A stretch of DNA of 64,000 bases, from assembly GCA_951406725.2 (NCBI GenBank), contig OX597818.1, forward strand, positions 73,780,001 to 73,844,000, in the 5' to 3' direction. Shown in pieces: positions 49,999-64,000 of this stretch. The position numbers and the translations under genes were made by a program. The notes beneath the pieces were generated by a model. The model had not been told where the DNA came from, searched no databases, and saw nothing but the letters and a program-made list of their open reading frames with translations. Origin of the DNA: Octopus vulgaris. Its lineage: Eukaryota. The stretch's first letter is position 1. Each line of letters begins with the position of its first letter.

Positions 49999-51630
49999 CA
50001 TATATTTTTTTCATGAAAGCCAAAGTTGACCTTCCACGATTCAAAACATTTTCTCCCTCCTGCTCAGTATCAGTATATTATTGGCCTATATACTTTATGT
50101 TACATCAGAAGCAAGGAAATGCTCCTCTCTTATTCACCAGTTAGGTTTTGAACCTGGTTATAAGCCAAGAGATAAACAGCAAATAATATTCCTCAGATAT
50201 TTCTACTTCAAAAAGTTGAAAAGAAATTGAAAAGTTGGCTTTTTAAATATTCATTCATGTCGTCTTATTCTAAATTATATAAAAGAAGGTAAGAAAGAAA
50301 GACAGCAAAGTAAATTGCTCAGCGTTCTTGACTTTCTGACAAACATAACTGCCAAGTCTGGTTAATATAAGATGTAACTCTTTGTAGATATAATCCAATG
50401 AGAGTTACACGGTACGTGTACCGTACTCTATAAATGATTTAGCAATTCGTAAATACACGCCAACTGCTTGAAAGTGATTATATAAGATCGACTTGACCTC
50501 ACTCTATACTTGTTTTGATTTCTTCAGCATTATAGATAGTAAGGAATTAACAATATTTTTGCACTCGAATTTAAATAGATTCTATACCAAGATTCTTTTG
50601 CTGTTCCGTACATTTTATATCATTTCAAAATAAAACAAAATTACTGAAAGGGAAAAAATATATAACATATTGGAGAAAATAAGTGTAACAAAATAGAAAA
50701 AGCGAAATGTGGAGGAAATTACAAATAAATCGTCAATAATTATAATCAAAGTCACCAAGGTAAAGGATGATGTCGTAGATATTTTTAGAGAAACTGTTGT
50801 TTACACAAGCTCTTTCCTAACTCTACAAGATATTTTTATCATAACAAGAATCAATTCAGTAATAACCTGATAGACAATTTTGTCCAGGTCTAAAATATCT
50901 AATGTAGTCTTCTGTTTTTTTAAACGATTGAGTGTAACTTGAGGATGATTCAGCAGCTTTTTGCTCGGAGGAAATACTTCTAAATCCTCGGGCGCAATGC
51001 TTAGCAAGATATCGTCCGTCTTTTAAGTTGCGATTTAAAATTTGCCTGTTATCATTTCGAAGTCGATAAAATAAGTACGAGATGAGAACTACAGTTGATG
51101 TATTCCCGAAATAGCTAGCCTTGAAACAATTTAACGTCAAGCTAGCAACCATCGAAGGACGGGTGATAAAATATATTCCAGTTGAGATATTGACGTCCCT
51201 TTTCGGTATCTTAGACCATATTATTCATGACGACATAGTGAAATTTAGCTGCTATTTCCTGAAAAGAAAACAATAAAAAAAAACTCCCGAGGTTTAGAAA
51301 TGCGAAAGTTAGACTAACTTATGAAAACAATATACGATTTTATTAATATACAGGCTTTAGTCCTTTGTCTCAAATACCAGATTTCAAATCACACCAAGAC
51401 TGGTTGCACATCAATCTCTATCGATAGCATTCAAAACGGAATTAATATATTGGAACTGGTTACAATACCTTTAGTACCAATATAGCATGGCTACTGTGAG
51501 ATAAGAGAATACTGATAATATATGACTAGACAAATTTATGAGCGAAAATAACACAGCAACATATATAAGAACGTATGTGTTCACACATCTCTCTATCTGT
51601 ATATGAATACATACATATTTATACATGTAT

Positions 51631-51700
<70 letters not shown>

Positions 51701-53761
51701 ATATATATATATGCCTAATACATGTATGGGACGAAAAGTATTTGTAAATATATTTAAATAAAAGGCAGTGAAGCTTGGCTAATTCGATCCATAGTGTTGA
51801 TTTATTTGACATGAAAGCAAATGTGAAATATTTCATAGGATTTTGAAAGAATTGGAGTATAAAACACATCACAAATTTACCAGCGTTCAGCTATTATACA
51901 CGCTTGCGTAAGTATTTATATGAATATGGATGTTCTTTTTATAATCTAGTCAAATACACACACACTTACACACAAATACAAATTCACATATATACGTATG
52001 GTGATTCCTATATATAATGTGTGTATGCAAATATATATGTGTGTGTTTATTTGTATAAGCAAAAGTATATGTACATATATGTATATGTATATGTGTGTAG
52101 GTGTATACGTTCGGTGGTATATATGTCTGTACGTTGCTATATGTAGTTACATATTCATAAAATGTATTCAATCAACCTAACAATTGCAGCTCAACGCTAA
52201 TTCTTCTCTGGTTATTCATTCTCTAGACAGTACTATCATATTTTTCCATACTGGTTGCAAACACATACAGACACACACACATACACACACAAACATTTAT
52301 ACACACACTTGCACGCACACACACACACACACATCACACACAAACAGACACAAACACACACAAACACAGACAGATATACACACACACAAAAACACACACC
52401 AAAGCACACCCACACAAATACACACACACACACACACATTATAACCTCAGTTTTCTTTTATTCAACAAATTTGCATGAAAGTATTCAGAAATTGTAGATC
52501 TTTGTGGCCGTCTTTTATAATATCTCGTATCTCTCAAAATATACCCATCTATGTAAAAAATATGCATGGCAAATATAGACCAAGATATACAGCACGTCAA
52601 GACGTCAACGGCTTGAATAGCTTAGAGCATCATCTCAATCAGGGATAATTTGGAGCTAAGCAACAATAAAAACAACAATGACGACGGCGGTGGCGATAAT
52701 GATACTACATAGGATATTAAGAAAATCCTATAAGAATTTAATAGATTTATAATAGAGGAAATACTTTGGCACTCATATTTATTGTCGATAAAATTATTGA
52801 GTCACTGGAGAGAGAAGGGGCAAACCACCACTTGATAAACTGTACATCTTCGTGCATCACATACGAGGCAGGGCATCCAGCAGGATTTTAAGCGATTAAT
52901 TTAATCATGAAAATGAATCAGCGTGATACAATGTAGCAACGGGACCCTTTCATGCAACGCTACTGTACATTAAAGAATGATTGCCATCGTGTTAACTCCC
53001 CAGTTTTAGTGACAAAAAATGGGGTAACTTGAGAATATGGCAAATATATTTTTCAGTATGCCTCGAAATAGGAACGACCCGAATATTAGATGATTACAAA
53101 GCAAAATTCTTAAATACCCAGCAAGGTATTTGCCCGTGTGTTTATATGTATAAATTTGAAAGACACAATTTATGATTTACTCAGATTTGGCATCAAATAA
53201 TTACAAGAGTTACTGGTACATTTATGGAAACCAAAGAAATCCATGCCCCCTTACATTGCCGCAACTTGTGTGTGTGTGTGTGTGTGTGCGTGTGTGTGTG
53301 TGCGTGTGAATGTGAGCCTGTATGCGTGTATGTACGAGTACATATTCTTGTATGGCTTGCGAGTATGTGTAAGTACCTAGCTAAAAAAGCAAGTGAGTGG
53401 TAAATAGGAGTAGGATAAAAGAGCAATTTTAATGAAGTATGCATGACAAATAATGAATGACAATGCTAACAATATATCTGAGCTTAACTTGGTTTCAGTA
53501 CCTGTATTTTTCATTCTTTCTATTTATGAAATTTTTATTTTGATAAATTGGATCTAATGAATTTCGATGAAACAAATTATCAGAAAATGATCTCCTTCTT
53601 TCCATAAAAGAAAGCAGAAAACAAGAACCATTGCGTTCTCTTAGTTATGTGCACTTTAATTTCAGTATTCAGGCACCTAACCTATGAAACACAAACTCAC
53701 GTATAGATAAACATACATACATACATACTACACACACACACACACATATATATATATGCAA

Positions 53762-54088
53762 GTTTTTCATTCATTTACTTGTTTTAGTCATGCTGGAGCA
53801 CCACCTACAGTCGAACAAATCGACCCCTGGAGCCAAGTACTTATTCTATTGCTTTCTTTTGCCAAACCGCTAAGTAAAACAACATCGGTTGTCAAGCGAT
53901 GGCGGGGAGACAAACACAGACACACAAACAGGCTACTTTCTGTTTCCACCTACCAGATCCACTCACAATGAATTGATTGCGCCGAGGCTATAGTAAAACA
54001 CACTTCCCAAAGTGCTACGCTGTGGGACTGAACCCGGGACTATGTGGTTGGTAACCAAGCTACTTACCACACAGCCACTTCTGCACCT
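53762..54088 (-). mobile_element. SINE family B, near full length
   Basis: tgctggagcacc...gtcgaacaaatcgacccc...ggttgtcaagcgatg...gtgggactgaaccc...caagctacttaccacacagccact. Confidence 0.8.
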
Positions 54089-54433
54089 GTATATATTATT
54101 TAAAGAATAAAATACATATCTCTAAATGTTACTAATAGCATCATATGTTGCGAAATTTCTCAAAAATATATTCATCAGACACAAACGACATATCTATCAT
54201 AAAGAATTAAAAAGAAGTTGAATAAGAGAAAGAACTCGAAATATCTGAGGTAGCTGCATATAGAAACGCGGAATGCTAAAGAGAAACGGAAAACGAAAAC
54301 ATAAAAGCTAAAATGTAAAAATTAAAAACAGAGTGATTTTTGGTTGAATTCTTTTTATCATGGAACAGTATATTATATATGTGTATTTATGTATATGAGT
54401 ATATGTATGTATATATATGTGTATGTATATATA

Positions 54434-54568
<135 letters not shown>

Positions 54569-55023
54569 GAATGATATGTGTGTGTACATACGGTTATGGC
54601 TTTTAGCTTAAACTTAATACAGGTTGGATGTTGCTTATTCGATAAGGTGAGTTTATTATTGCATTGTATCAGCTTCGCAAAGTATATTTATTGCTCACAG
54701 AAGATTAACAAACATTTCACACAGCATATATTTTTTTGTGTATATATAATATAATTGTCCACCTCCTGTGTTGTGTATCTTGGTTTCTTGAATGTTAAAA
54801 TGCCTGTCATGTCGACAGATGTATGTTTGTGCCCCTCAGGCCAACTTCAAGTTTTCTATCCAAAAGGAATTTTCAAACCAATGTTTATATGCTCTGTGTG
54901 ACATGCTTCGAGAAACAATATTCCGAAAAAGATTAATTTCGGTTTCTATCGAAAGTTTATAAAATTCTCATGACTTCAACACACACACACGCACACATAT
55001 GCACACACACACATGTATGTATG

Positions 55024-55057
<34 letters not shown>

Positions 55058-55547
55058 TGTATGTATGTATGTATGTATGTATGTATGTATGTATGTATGC
55101 ATGTGTGTATAACACTATGCGCTGTAATAAACATAATTTGCGAAAATTATTCATCTTATCGAATAAGCTACATCCAACCTGTGTTAGGATTACAGTAAAC
55201 GATTACATCTATTCCGTTAATAAAGTAAAACCCGTTTCAAAACGAGAGCGCCGCTCACAATCCACTAACAAATACGAAATAGCTGCAATACTTAATAGAG
55301 TTAACCTTCGATGGAAATTGCAGTCTTTTAAATCGCTTTCGGTATATTCTCGTGTGTTTCTGTTGGAGGTTCTGATACTATGGAAATAACTTCATTCTTT
55401 CTTTCAAAAGAATATTACTGATATTTTGCTGCTCAACGTAATTTTTTACATACATATGCGGATGTAATCATACACACACACATTACTAATATACTTATTT
55501 ACATTCGTACAAACATATTTACACAAATACACGCACACACACATACA

Positions 55548-55631
<84 letters not shown>

Positions 55632-58437
55632 TATATATATATGTATATATATATATATTCATATGTATATATACATATGTATACACACTCACAAATGTAC
55701 GATGTATGTGTATGTGTGTGAGTGTGTGTGTGGACACTATATGTTAAATTTTACATAAATATTTAAGCACACTTACTTGCAAATATATATGTACATATAT
55801 GTACAAACATCCACAAATACATAGGCATATAAATATATACGCCTGTACATATACTAATGTTACATAACCAAAATCTGCAGTCACAGAATTAAACTTTATG
55901 AGATATATACTTTTTTTGTAGCTGTTCATCTGTCATTCATTTTCTGTCTTTCGTAATATTTATTTTTGGAATGTTCTGAAACTATTTCCGTGTTCTCACG
56001 AAATTCCTTTTTCAGAACAACATAATAGCATCGAATCCAGTCACTGATGGATGTTAATTCACATTGCACTCACAAAAATGAGAAAAGCTGAGTACTTAAC
56101 CAAAGAAAAATAGCACATTTTACTTTTGAATGTACGTAATTAGCTTCTGTTTATTGCATGTAGTTGAAATTCTTTCTCTATATAAGTATCGAGGAAGCTT
56201 TTCTTCTGTCCATGTAAATGATGACCGAACTTTATGATGAAGATTGAACAATCCAATTATTATGAATTTTTAGTTTTTGTCGCCGCAGAAGATGACTAAC
56301 TTCTCATTTTACGTATTACTTTATAATGAACATACACATGGCACACGAGTTCATGTACAGCTGGATAAATGTAATTTTAATCATATTTTTAATGAGTTTG
56401 ATCCAAGGTAAAGGACTGTGTACATTGTTAGGTAATACTATTTACACTGCGCTTAGATGATGCCAGTCGACTCATGGAGAAAGATATGTGCAAAGAGTAC
56501 GAAACTAAAATTGCCTAAAACGGCTATATACGACCAGGTACCATTGAAAAATAAAACAATATAATAGGTATAATTTCAGCGAAGGGAGGCAGCAATTTTT
56601 TGTGTAGAAATTTAAGTGTGTTTGTGAGTAGCTCAAAACTAGTTAGCTGACTGGCCTTTCTCTGCACGATATCGACATCTGTGTGTATAACACCAGTCAC
56701 ACAGGTGGGCACAATACTCTATTATCAGCTTCACCTGAATTTCAAAAGGATCTATAGATATTGCGGGTGAAAGCAAATTCTGGTCTGCAATCTTTGCAAT
56801 GTTAAGGATGAACCTTCATCAGAAAAAACACATCAGTGATAATGAAACTTTGTTGCGACTTATTTATGCTTAAAAAGGGTGATGAGCGATCATGTATTAT
56901 TCATATGTGCAATGTCTGAGTATTTTGTCGTTGAAAGGGACAAGATTGGCATGACCCGATTGGAGTAAGTTTAAGACGTTTTAATTCATATATTTAATGC
57001 ACATTTATTGAGAGATGCATGTGGATGAAGCTTAGGCAGAAACATTTATGGAAGAATGAAAGTTGATATCTGTGTGGAAATGAGTGTTGTGGGTTGTGAT
57101 GACAATTTAATCGTTAATGTACAGGAGGAATGATATGAAAAAGAAGACTGAACGTTAGGGTGCAATTAGATTTGGTTTGTTATTAGTGTGAGTCAAAGAG
57201 AAATCTATATACCAGAAGAGATTGCAATCTGACGGAAAGACACCGATCCGAGACATGGTGTGAGAGTAGGGGTGATTCTTTAATTGTGCAGTTTTGACAG
57301 ATTTCCTTTGCCAGACAATGTCGAACGATCGCTTCATTTTGAATGTTAAAATTAAAAAAATAGAAATTGCTTCTGTCAGTTTTCTCGAAGGTGAAAAATT
57401 AAAAATGAATGGCGTAGAGAAGTGAGATTTCAGTACATCTAGTCTCGAAAAAAACAAAAACGAAAGATGAAACGTACTGATTATCGTTAAGAACGGAGAG
57501 AGATAAGAGTGGTTGTCTCCATCACGGTTGGCAGTGAGTGGGCTGAGACCAGTGTCACAGGAATTGCAATCGCCGTAGTGCATTAACTTGGAAATTAGCT
57601 TAAAATCTTGCAATAGAGCTAAATGCACACATGGGCTAGGCGGTAGTGTTAAACAAAAGGAAGTGATGCTACTGTTCAAGAAGTTATTAAGGTATTTTAA
57701 AAGAGGAAAACTAATTTGATGCTAGGATCCTTGAACTGAATCTATATTTCAATTCACTCTATATAAAATTAAATATGCTTAATGATATAAATTTCTTTAT
57801 AGAAGTTATAATGGCCTTTAAGCACGATAACGTTTAGATGTTTCACAAAAAGCAATTAATAATCACAAGAGATCAGTGAACGGACACCTGAACTTACCGC
57901 CCTTCCATTATACAAGATTTGAAATATGTCTCATTTTAAATTTTAATGCATTGTCATTTCCTAATGAAGGAACATTAGAAATGATTGGATGCTACCTCAT
58001 AAAGCATTACATTCTATAGTTATTTAGAGTTAGTATTAGAAATATCAACGAATAGTTTGTGAGTTTAGGGAATTCATCTTTTTATAGCCGTTTTCTTAAT
58101 TACATTTACAACATTTTTATTAATTTATTTTGTAGGAATCCCCTTAGGCAACGAAATGAGTAATACACAAACGCATACATACATACATAAGCATTCATGT
58201 ATATCATGTATATCATATATAGGAAACGGAAAATTTTAACACATATAAGAATTGGTCGTTCAAAAGAAGACGGAGCAAACATGCCAATTCGGGTTCGATT
58301 CAACAAAGCTAGTGTATAAAATGTGTCTTCTACCTTAGCCTCGGAAGAACGAAATTGTTGTGAATGAAATTGAGTAGCGTCTGCCTACTGAATTTCAGTA
58401 GGCAGACGCTATACAGAAGAACGTCGGACACACACAC

Positions 58438-58490
<53 letters not shown>

Positions 58491-58609
58491 AACACACACA
58501 CACATACACACACACATACACGCACACACACACGTACGCACAGACACGTGCACACACACACATAACTACGCGAAGCTGTTTGTTGGCTACATAGAGGTAC
58601 AAATATTTT

Positions 58610-60335
58610 CATGATTCACTGGTCCCAATCACGAACTATACGATCATTATATTGATGGCTGTATCGGTGTGACCTCGCTCTCCCTGGAAAAACTAGTCTC
58701 CGTTCTCTCTTTTGTCCAATCTTTCCATTCTGCCCTTGAATTCTTCTGCACCGTTTCCAACACTTCTGTCACCTTTCTCGACATTTCGGTCAACATACAC
58801 AACTCCGCTCTCACTACCTTTATCCACTACAAACAAAGCGACTCACATTCATACCTTCACTTCTCCTCCTCATAACCTACCCACACCAAGCTTTCTATCC
58901 CCTAATCCGGATTCCTCCGTCTATGCAGGCTCTGCAATGACAACCATGACTTTGTAACTCAGTCTCAACTCATGGCTCACAATTTCATCCTTCGTGGATA
59001 TCTCCTCACCACTACCCGTACCGCCATTCCCAGAGCAAGTTCCGTGGACCATGAAACTGCTCTTTCTTCTCACACTCACCCGGCCGTTGCCCGTCTCCCA
59101 TTTTCCCTCACCTACTACCCCTCCACCTTGCCCCTCCAACGCACCATTCCGAGCCTTCTGGCGACTCAAGTCCGAAACCTCAACTTCGTACATTTTCCAC
59201 AACCTACCACTTCTCTCCTTCAAACGAACCCACAACCTATAAGACATCATGGCACACAATTTTTTCCCTAATCCCACCTCCCAGCTTGGCTCGTTCCTCT
59301 GCTCGCACCCACGCTGCAGCACTCCTCCTCACAAGTACCCATCGTCCCTCTCCTGTTCTTTCCATTCTTCTCTGAACGTCAGTCAAGCAGGACGTCCCTT
59401 GGCTGACTAGTTCGCGGAGCACCTCCGAGACATTAGACTCGGCAATGACGCCCCAGTCTTGCGCCATTTCCGCTCTACCTGTCATTAATTGCAACACCTG
59501 TCTGTGTTCAGATTGTCTTTGAACAGGTGCCATCCGGAACCCCCTTCGCCGTGAACAGGAAATAATCTTCTCTCTTCGCTCCTTTGTGTCACATGGACTC
59601 CACTGCCCTCCCCCTTCATCTGACTCCCCTCCTCTCCTTCCTTCATCTCACACCTTTTTCTCTTCGCTCTTACCCACTCTCTCCTTTCATCGATACCCAC
59701 TCCATCCATACCCCACCCCTACATCCTACACCCACATCCCCCATTCCTACGCCCACATACTCACCCCAAACCTACATCCCACCTCACATCCTACACCCAA
59801 ACCTCACATCACCAAATCCCACACTCACATCCCCACACACCAACAAAGCCACATCAAACCACACACCAACACACCACCACACCACATCACACCACTCCGC
59901 ACACACTAGGACTAACCGTTTCCCAGCAACCAGTGCATAAACCACATACCCACACATTACAGACGCACGCACACACATACATGCACATTCACACGTCAAA
60001 GTCACCAGCCCCTCTCCTTCGGCACACACTCATATATACATATATACATTTATATATACATATATAACCCTTCGGGTTGGGCTCACCAGTACATCAATAT
60101 CACCCCTTTTTCCTAACTCTTCTGTCTAACTACTTTTGTCCAACCAGTTGCCATGGTTGACCGTTAGATCCAAACTTTTCATTGTTTATTCTCTCTGTTT
60201 ATTTCCTCGTGTTCCTTTCTGTTGAAGACCGTAGGATTGAAACGTAAAATATTTTGTCCCCTTCTCAAACATTAAACTAATACACCTGCTTCTTGTTTAC
60301 CTATATTCGTCGTTTGTTTTTCTTTTGGAAATTTC

Positions 60336-60340
<5 letters not shown>
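58610..60340 (+). mobile_element. 5'-truncated Penelope-like element (Neptune-like RT C-terminus, GIY-YIG relic, pLTR)
   Basis: YIDGCIG, FH.AL.F, VTFLDISV, HYK.SDSHSYL.FSS, FLRLCRLC, GRPLAD*FAEHLRDIR, then a C/A-rich 3' region and a degenerate minimal hammerhead CTGTTGA-agaccgtaggatt-GAAACGTA at 60219-60246. Ends in (TA)n. Confidence 0.82.
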
Positions 60341-60402
<62 letters not shown>

Positions 60403-61066
60403 CTAAGTCTCTCTAAAGGAGACTAAGGCAGCATTACAGGATATCAATAGTTATCGCCAAGCTAACATTACAGTCCAGGACTATAGGACGAATGCTATCG
60501 CTGATTAGCTCCAAGAGGCCATCGCTTCTAGCAATCTATGTGACATCCAGACCAGCAAGGTGAGGCGGCTGACCCCTCCTGTTCGAAGGTTATAATGGAA
60601 ACAGGTTCGTGCGTCACATAACTAGCTAGAGGCGATGACCTCTTGGAACTAATCAACGGCAGCATTCGTCCTATGTTCATGGACTGCCTTGTTAGCTTGG
60701 CGATAACTATTAATATCCAGTACTGCTGCCATACTCTCCTTTAGAAAGACTTAGAAATATTAATATTTCTATTTTTGAAAACCAGTATATGTATTCCACT
60801 GAATTTAGGTAAATAATCCTTCGAACAGACGGTCAGTAGTGACGCCTGTTGAGTTCGGCTGCTCTACATTCATAAGGGGTAAATAGCCCGAAACTAGTCT
60901 GTACATGCCAGACAAGCAAAGCGGCTGACTTCCCCTGTTCGAAAGTTATAATGGACACAGGTTCGTGTGTCACATAGCTAGTTAGAGGCGATGGCCTCTT
61001 GGAGCTAACCAACGGCAACATTCGTCCTATTTTCCTGGACTGCCATGTTAGCTTGGTGGTAACTAT
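60403..61066 (+). mobile_element. About 356 bp-unit element (relative of the 359 bp unit) with inverted 5' arm
   Basis: 60403-60546 is inverted versus 60613-60756; direct repeat 60565-60710 / 60921-61066. Decayed hammerhead taca TTCATAA gggg taaata gccc GAAA CTAG TC tgta at 60865-60903. Confidence 0.8.
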
Positions 61067-61198
61067 ACACACACACAGCGATGTGGCGTCATTCGAAGGC
61101 TAAAACAATGCAAACGCATTGTGACCAGCGATGTGTAGCAATATCTGGTCGGTCACGTGATCACGTTTTATATATACGCATATAGATATAGAGATGGC

Positions 61199-61261
61199 AG
61201 ATAACCGAAGAGATGATGATGTGGATTTCCACCTCAGCATCCGAAACTCAGAGTTTTATCT
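61199..61261 (+). ncRNA. Hammerhead ribozyme with CCGAAGA core variant
   Basis: agataa CCGAAGA gatg.tga.gtgg-attt-ccac.tca.catc c GAAA CTCAGAG TT ttatct. Confidence 0.65.
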
Positions 61262-61369
61262 TGGCTATTGAATAATTGTCACATATTATTTTACAGATAA
61301 ATTTCCTCTATTTACATAATATTGAGGTCTCTTTCTTTCTTTTGTTATCTTACCCTTTTTATCAGTATA

Positions 61370-61420
<51 letters not shown>

Positions 61421-61524
61421 TATATATATATATTTATATATATATATGTGTGTATTCTATATATATGTGTGTGTTGAATACATGGATTCATTCACAATGA
61501 AACGCACGCCTGTGTGGATAGATA

Positions 61525-61546
61525 TATAGATAGATAGATAGATAGG

Positions 61547-61627
<81 letters not shown>

Positions 61628-61628
61628 C
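61525..61628. repeat. (GATA)n microsatellite
   Basis: Directly visible. Confidence 0.95.
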
Positions 61629-61699
61629 TCATCGCATTCAATACATGCACTACGTTCCTACATGAAGCTGTTTCATGAGAAAGTTAGGAAGAACTTATT

Positions 61700-61905
61700 T
61701 TGGTCTCAAATTTGGTATACAGCCAACAATTTCTGGGAAGAGTTTTAGTCCATTAGATCAACCTCAATATTGAACGGTTACTGGTTTCGTCGTCCGCAAA
61801 AGGATGAAAGGCAAAGTCGACATCGAGGTCCAATTTGAACTCAGAACGTAAGATCGGACGGGAGTATATGGGTCGTGTGCTGACGATTCTACCATTTCAC
61901 GGCCT
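61700..61905 (-). mobile_element. SINE family A
   Basis: aaaggatgaaaggcaaagtcgac...atttgaactcagaacgtaa...gtgctgacgattctacca. Confidence 0.7.
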
Positions 61906-62225
61906 TGAAGCAAATAATAAACAAGGTTTATTATTTGCTACAACATTTTATAAAGTATTCTCTAACTTTTCTTTGTATATCTCCCTAAGTTATGTACAAA
62001 AGTCCTTTAGAAATCATCAGAATGAACACTGGTATACTTCAGGAAAAAGTTTATATGTAAAGCAATCACATTATGCATTCTTTTTGATTCCAGGTGCACT
62101 TGCAAATTCTTTATAGGTTAAAATCTCTATAGCTTAAAATGCAGCCTGAAAGACCTAATGATTAATAGAATATCGTTGTACACAATGTATACGTGTATAT
62201 ATATGTGCGTATGTGTGTGTGTACA

Positions 62226-62313
<88 letters not shown>

Positions 62314-62439
62314 CAAGAGAGACTTGTACATTTACATATACACATACACATATTAGAGTGTTTATGTGCTTAATAGCGCATCTGCAGCTGTATGGATCAC
62401 TCGTAATGTATTCTCTTCAAGCTATATCAGTCTGTTTTT

Positions 62440-63030
62440 TTTATTACATCATCTACGTTATTATTTCTGTTTTACATGTTAGTATATATTTTACTTGTAT
62501 TGATAAAAGATTCGTTTGTTCTCTATTCCAGAAGTTTATTATTTAATTCGAAGAAATCTTGTCACTATATGTGATATGTTATATTTCTTTATATAGTAAA
62601 CCCCAGGTTCATCTCACAATCTTTTTTCATAATATCGATAGCTTCCAGGTCATCAAGTCCACATCACCTACTATTACGCAAATGAAACTATTATCGGTTA
62701 TTTCTCAACTATGGATCATGCCAAATTCCATGCCTGTATCTTTGCTGAAGCGTCTTACAGTCTATATTAAGGAATCTATCTCTTTTTCATTCTTACTAAA
62801 TAAACTTCAGATCATCCATGTAGAGCACGTGGTTCATTTTCCTCTTACTATTTCTGAACTGATACCCTGCCTTTGCATTCCTTAATACAAAACTGGGGAA
62901 GGGGGATCAAGATACGACAAACATAAAACGGGACAACGAGTCCCTTTGGAACATTCCTCTTTTGATATTAACTTTCCCTATGAGTGTGTCACCTGAGTAG
63001 AAATCTACTTTCCATTGTTTCATGCTAAAC
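62440..63030 (-). pseudogene. R4/Dong-like (RLE-clade) non-LTR RT fragment
   Basis: VNIKRGMFQRDSLS resembles RGIFQGDSLSP; MNHVLYMDDLKF resembles NHLLYMDDLKL; multiple stops; adjacent to (TAA)n. Confidence 0.7.
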
Positions 63031-63040
63031 TATTTAATTC

Positions 63041-63117
<77 letters not shown>

Positions 63118-63118
<1 letters not shown>

Positions 63119-63805
63119 TTAGTGAGCGAGCAGAGCATGCCATCAAAGTGACACTTGTGTAAAATATACGAAGCCCAGTATATCCATCATGACTACCCGT
63201 CTGATAAGGGTACACCAGGCACATTATTCTTCTTCTTATTATTATTATTATTGAGTGAGAGAGCAGTTCGTGCCATCAAAGTGACACTGGGGTAAAATAT
63301 ACGAAGCCCAATATACCCATCATGACTACCCGTCTGATAAAGGCACACCAGGCACATGCATCACAACCATGTGTGCGCGACATGGTGATCTCATATCAAG
63401 ATAAACAGCACATGACCTTGCAGGTGGGGCCCAGTTAGAATTTTCTTCAGGTTGAGTAGCCCATCCCGCTCAAACGGTCCCTGAATAAGGGTTGTTTAAG
63501 GATGTTGAAAGAACCACCCATGTTTCCAGAGGTGAATTATTCAAACCCCAAAGAATTCCTCTCAACACATGGCTATGATGCTCCCCCACTACTTCTGCTC
63601 GTGATCAGAGATGCACATATCGTCAGCCACTAAGGGACAAGCTCAACTGGTTAAGGTCAAACAACTGACAAGCAAATCTGTGGTATTGAGCAGAATATTT
63701 GCTGTAGCCCATCTTTTATACCAAGACAAAACAACGTACATGATAACATTTCCAATCAGTTAAGATCAGAAGCCATGAGAGCCATTGCCTGGTACTGCAT
63801 CAGGG

Positions 63806-63807
<2 letters not shown>
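63118..63807 (-). mobile_element. Non-coding interspersed repeat (about 555 bp) in (TAA)n plus a short duplicate of one end
   Basis: 63253-63807 is flanked by (TTA)n; 63118-63223 duplicates about 63253-63356. Strand inferred from a presumed TAA tail. Confidence 0.6.
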
Positions 63808-63866
<59 letters not shown>

Positions 63867-64000
63867 TTCCGATTGACTTGCATTTTATTTCATCTTCTGA
63901 CCGTGTCTCAATTAGAGACCTAAGGCAAGTATATATTAGAGGGAGAGAAACCTCATGAGAATGTGAGCGTTCGATGACAACACAGTCTTTTGAGTCTCAT

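Noticed and set aside
56700-57700. 174 aa ORF 57155-57679 and neighbouring sequence
   Set aside because: Faint resemblance to decayed LINE 3' ends (VFP...NL) but too weak to assign; no support for a host gene.
63570-63635. Minus-strand gtggCTGACGAtatg...catagccat hammerhead
   Set aside because: Lacks GAAA and a cleavage triplet; more likely a plain hairpin.

Overview
AT-rich, microsatellite-saturated eukaryotic non-genic DNA. The two abundant tRNA-derived SINE families and the (TA)n/(CA)n density resemble an octopus or other cephalopod genome (inference, no database check). I found no convincing host gene; nearly all supplied ORFs are microsatellite or repeat translations. The recognisable coding remnants are all transposon-derived: three Penelope-like elements (PLE; RT and/or GIY-YIG), a CR1/L2-type LINE RT, an RTE-type LINE 3' end, an R4/Dong-like RT, a Helitron with Pif1-helicase relics and three Tc1/mariner fragments. 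The main signal is a set of small (about 300-490 bp) non-coding units that carry type I hammerhead ribozymes with short palindromic stem III. The clearest is a near-perfect 7.5 x 359 bp array at 10447-13128. These retrozyme-like or PLE-derived units mostly abut (TA)n and share one architecture: a tandem or unit-length sense part preceded at its 5' end by an inverted partial copy. Three diverged members also share a second, covarying structured RNA domain just downstream of the ribozyme that I do not recognise. All structures were folded by eye, and ribozyme activity is untested.
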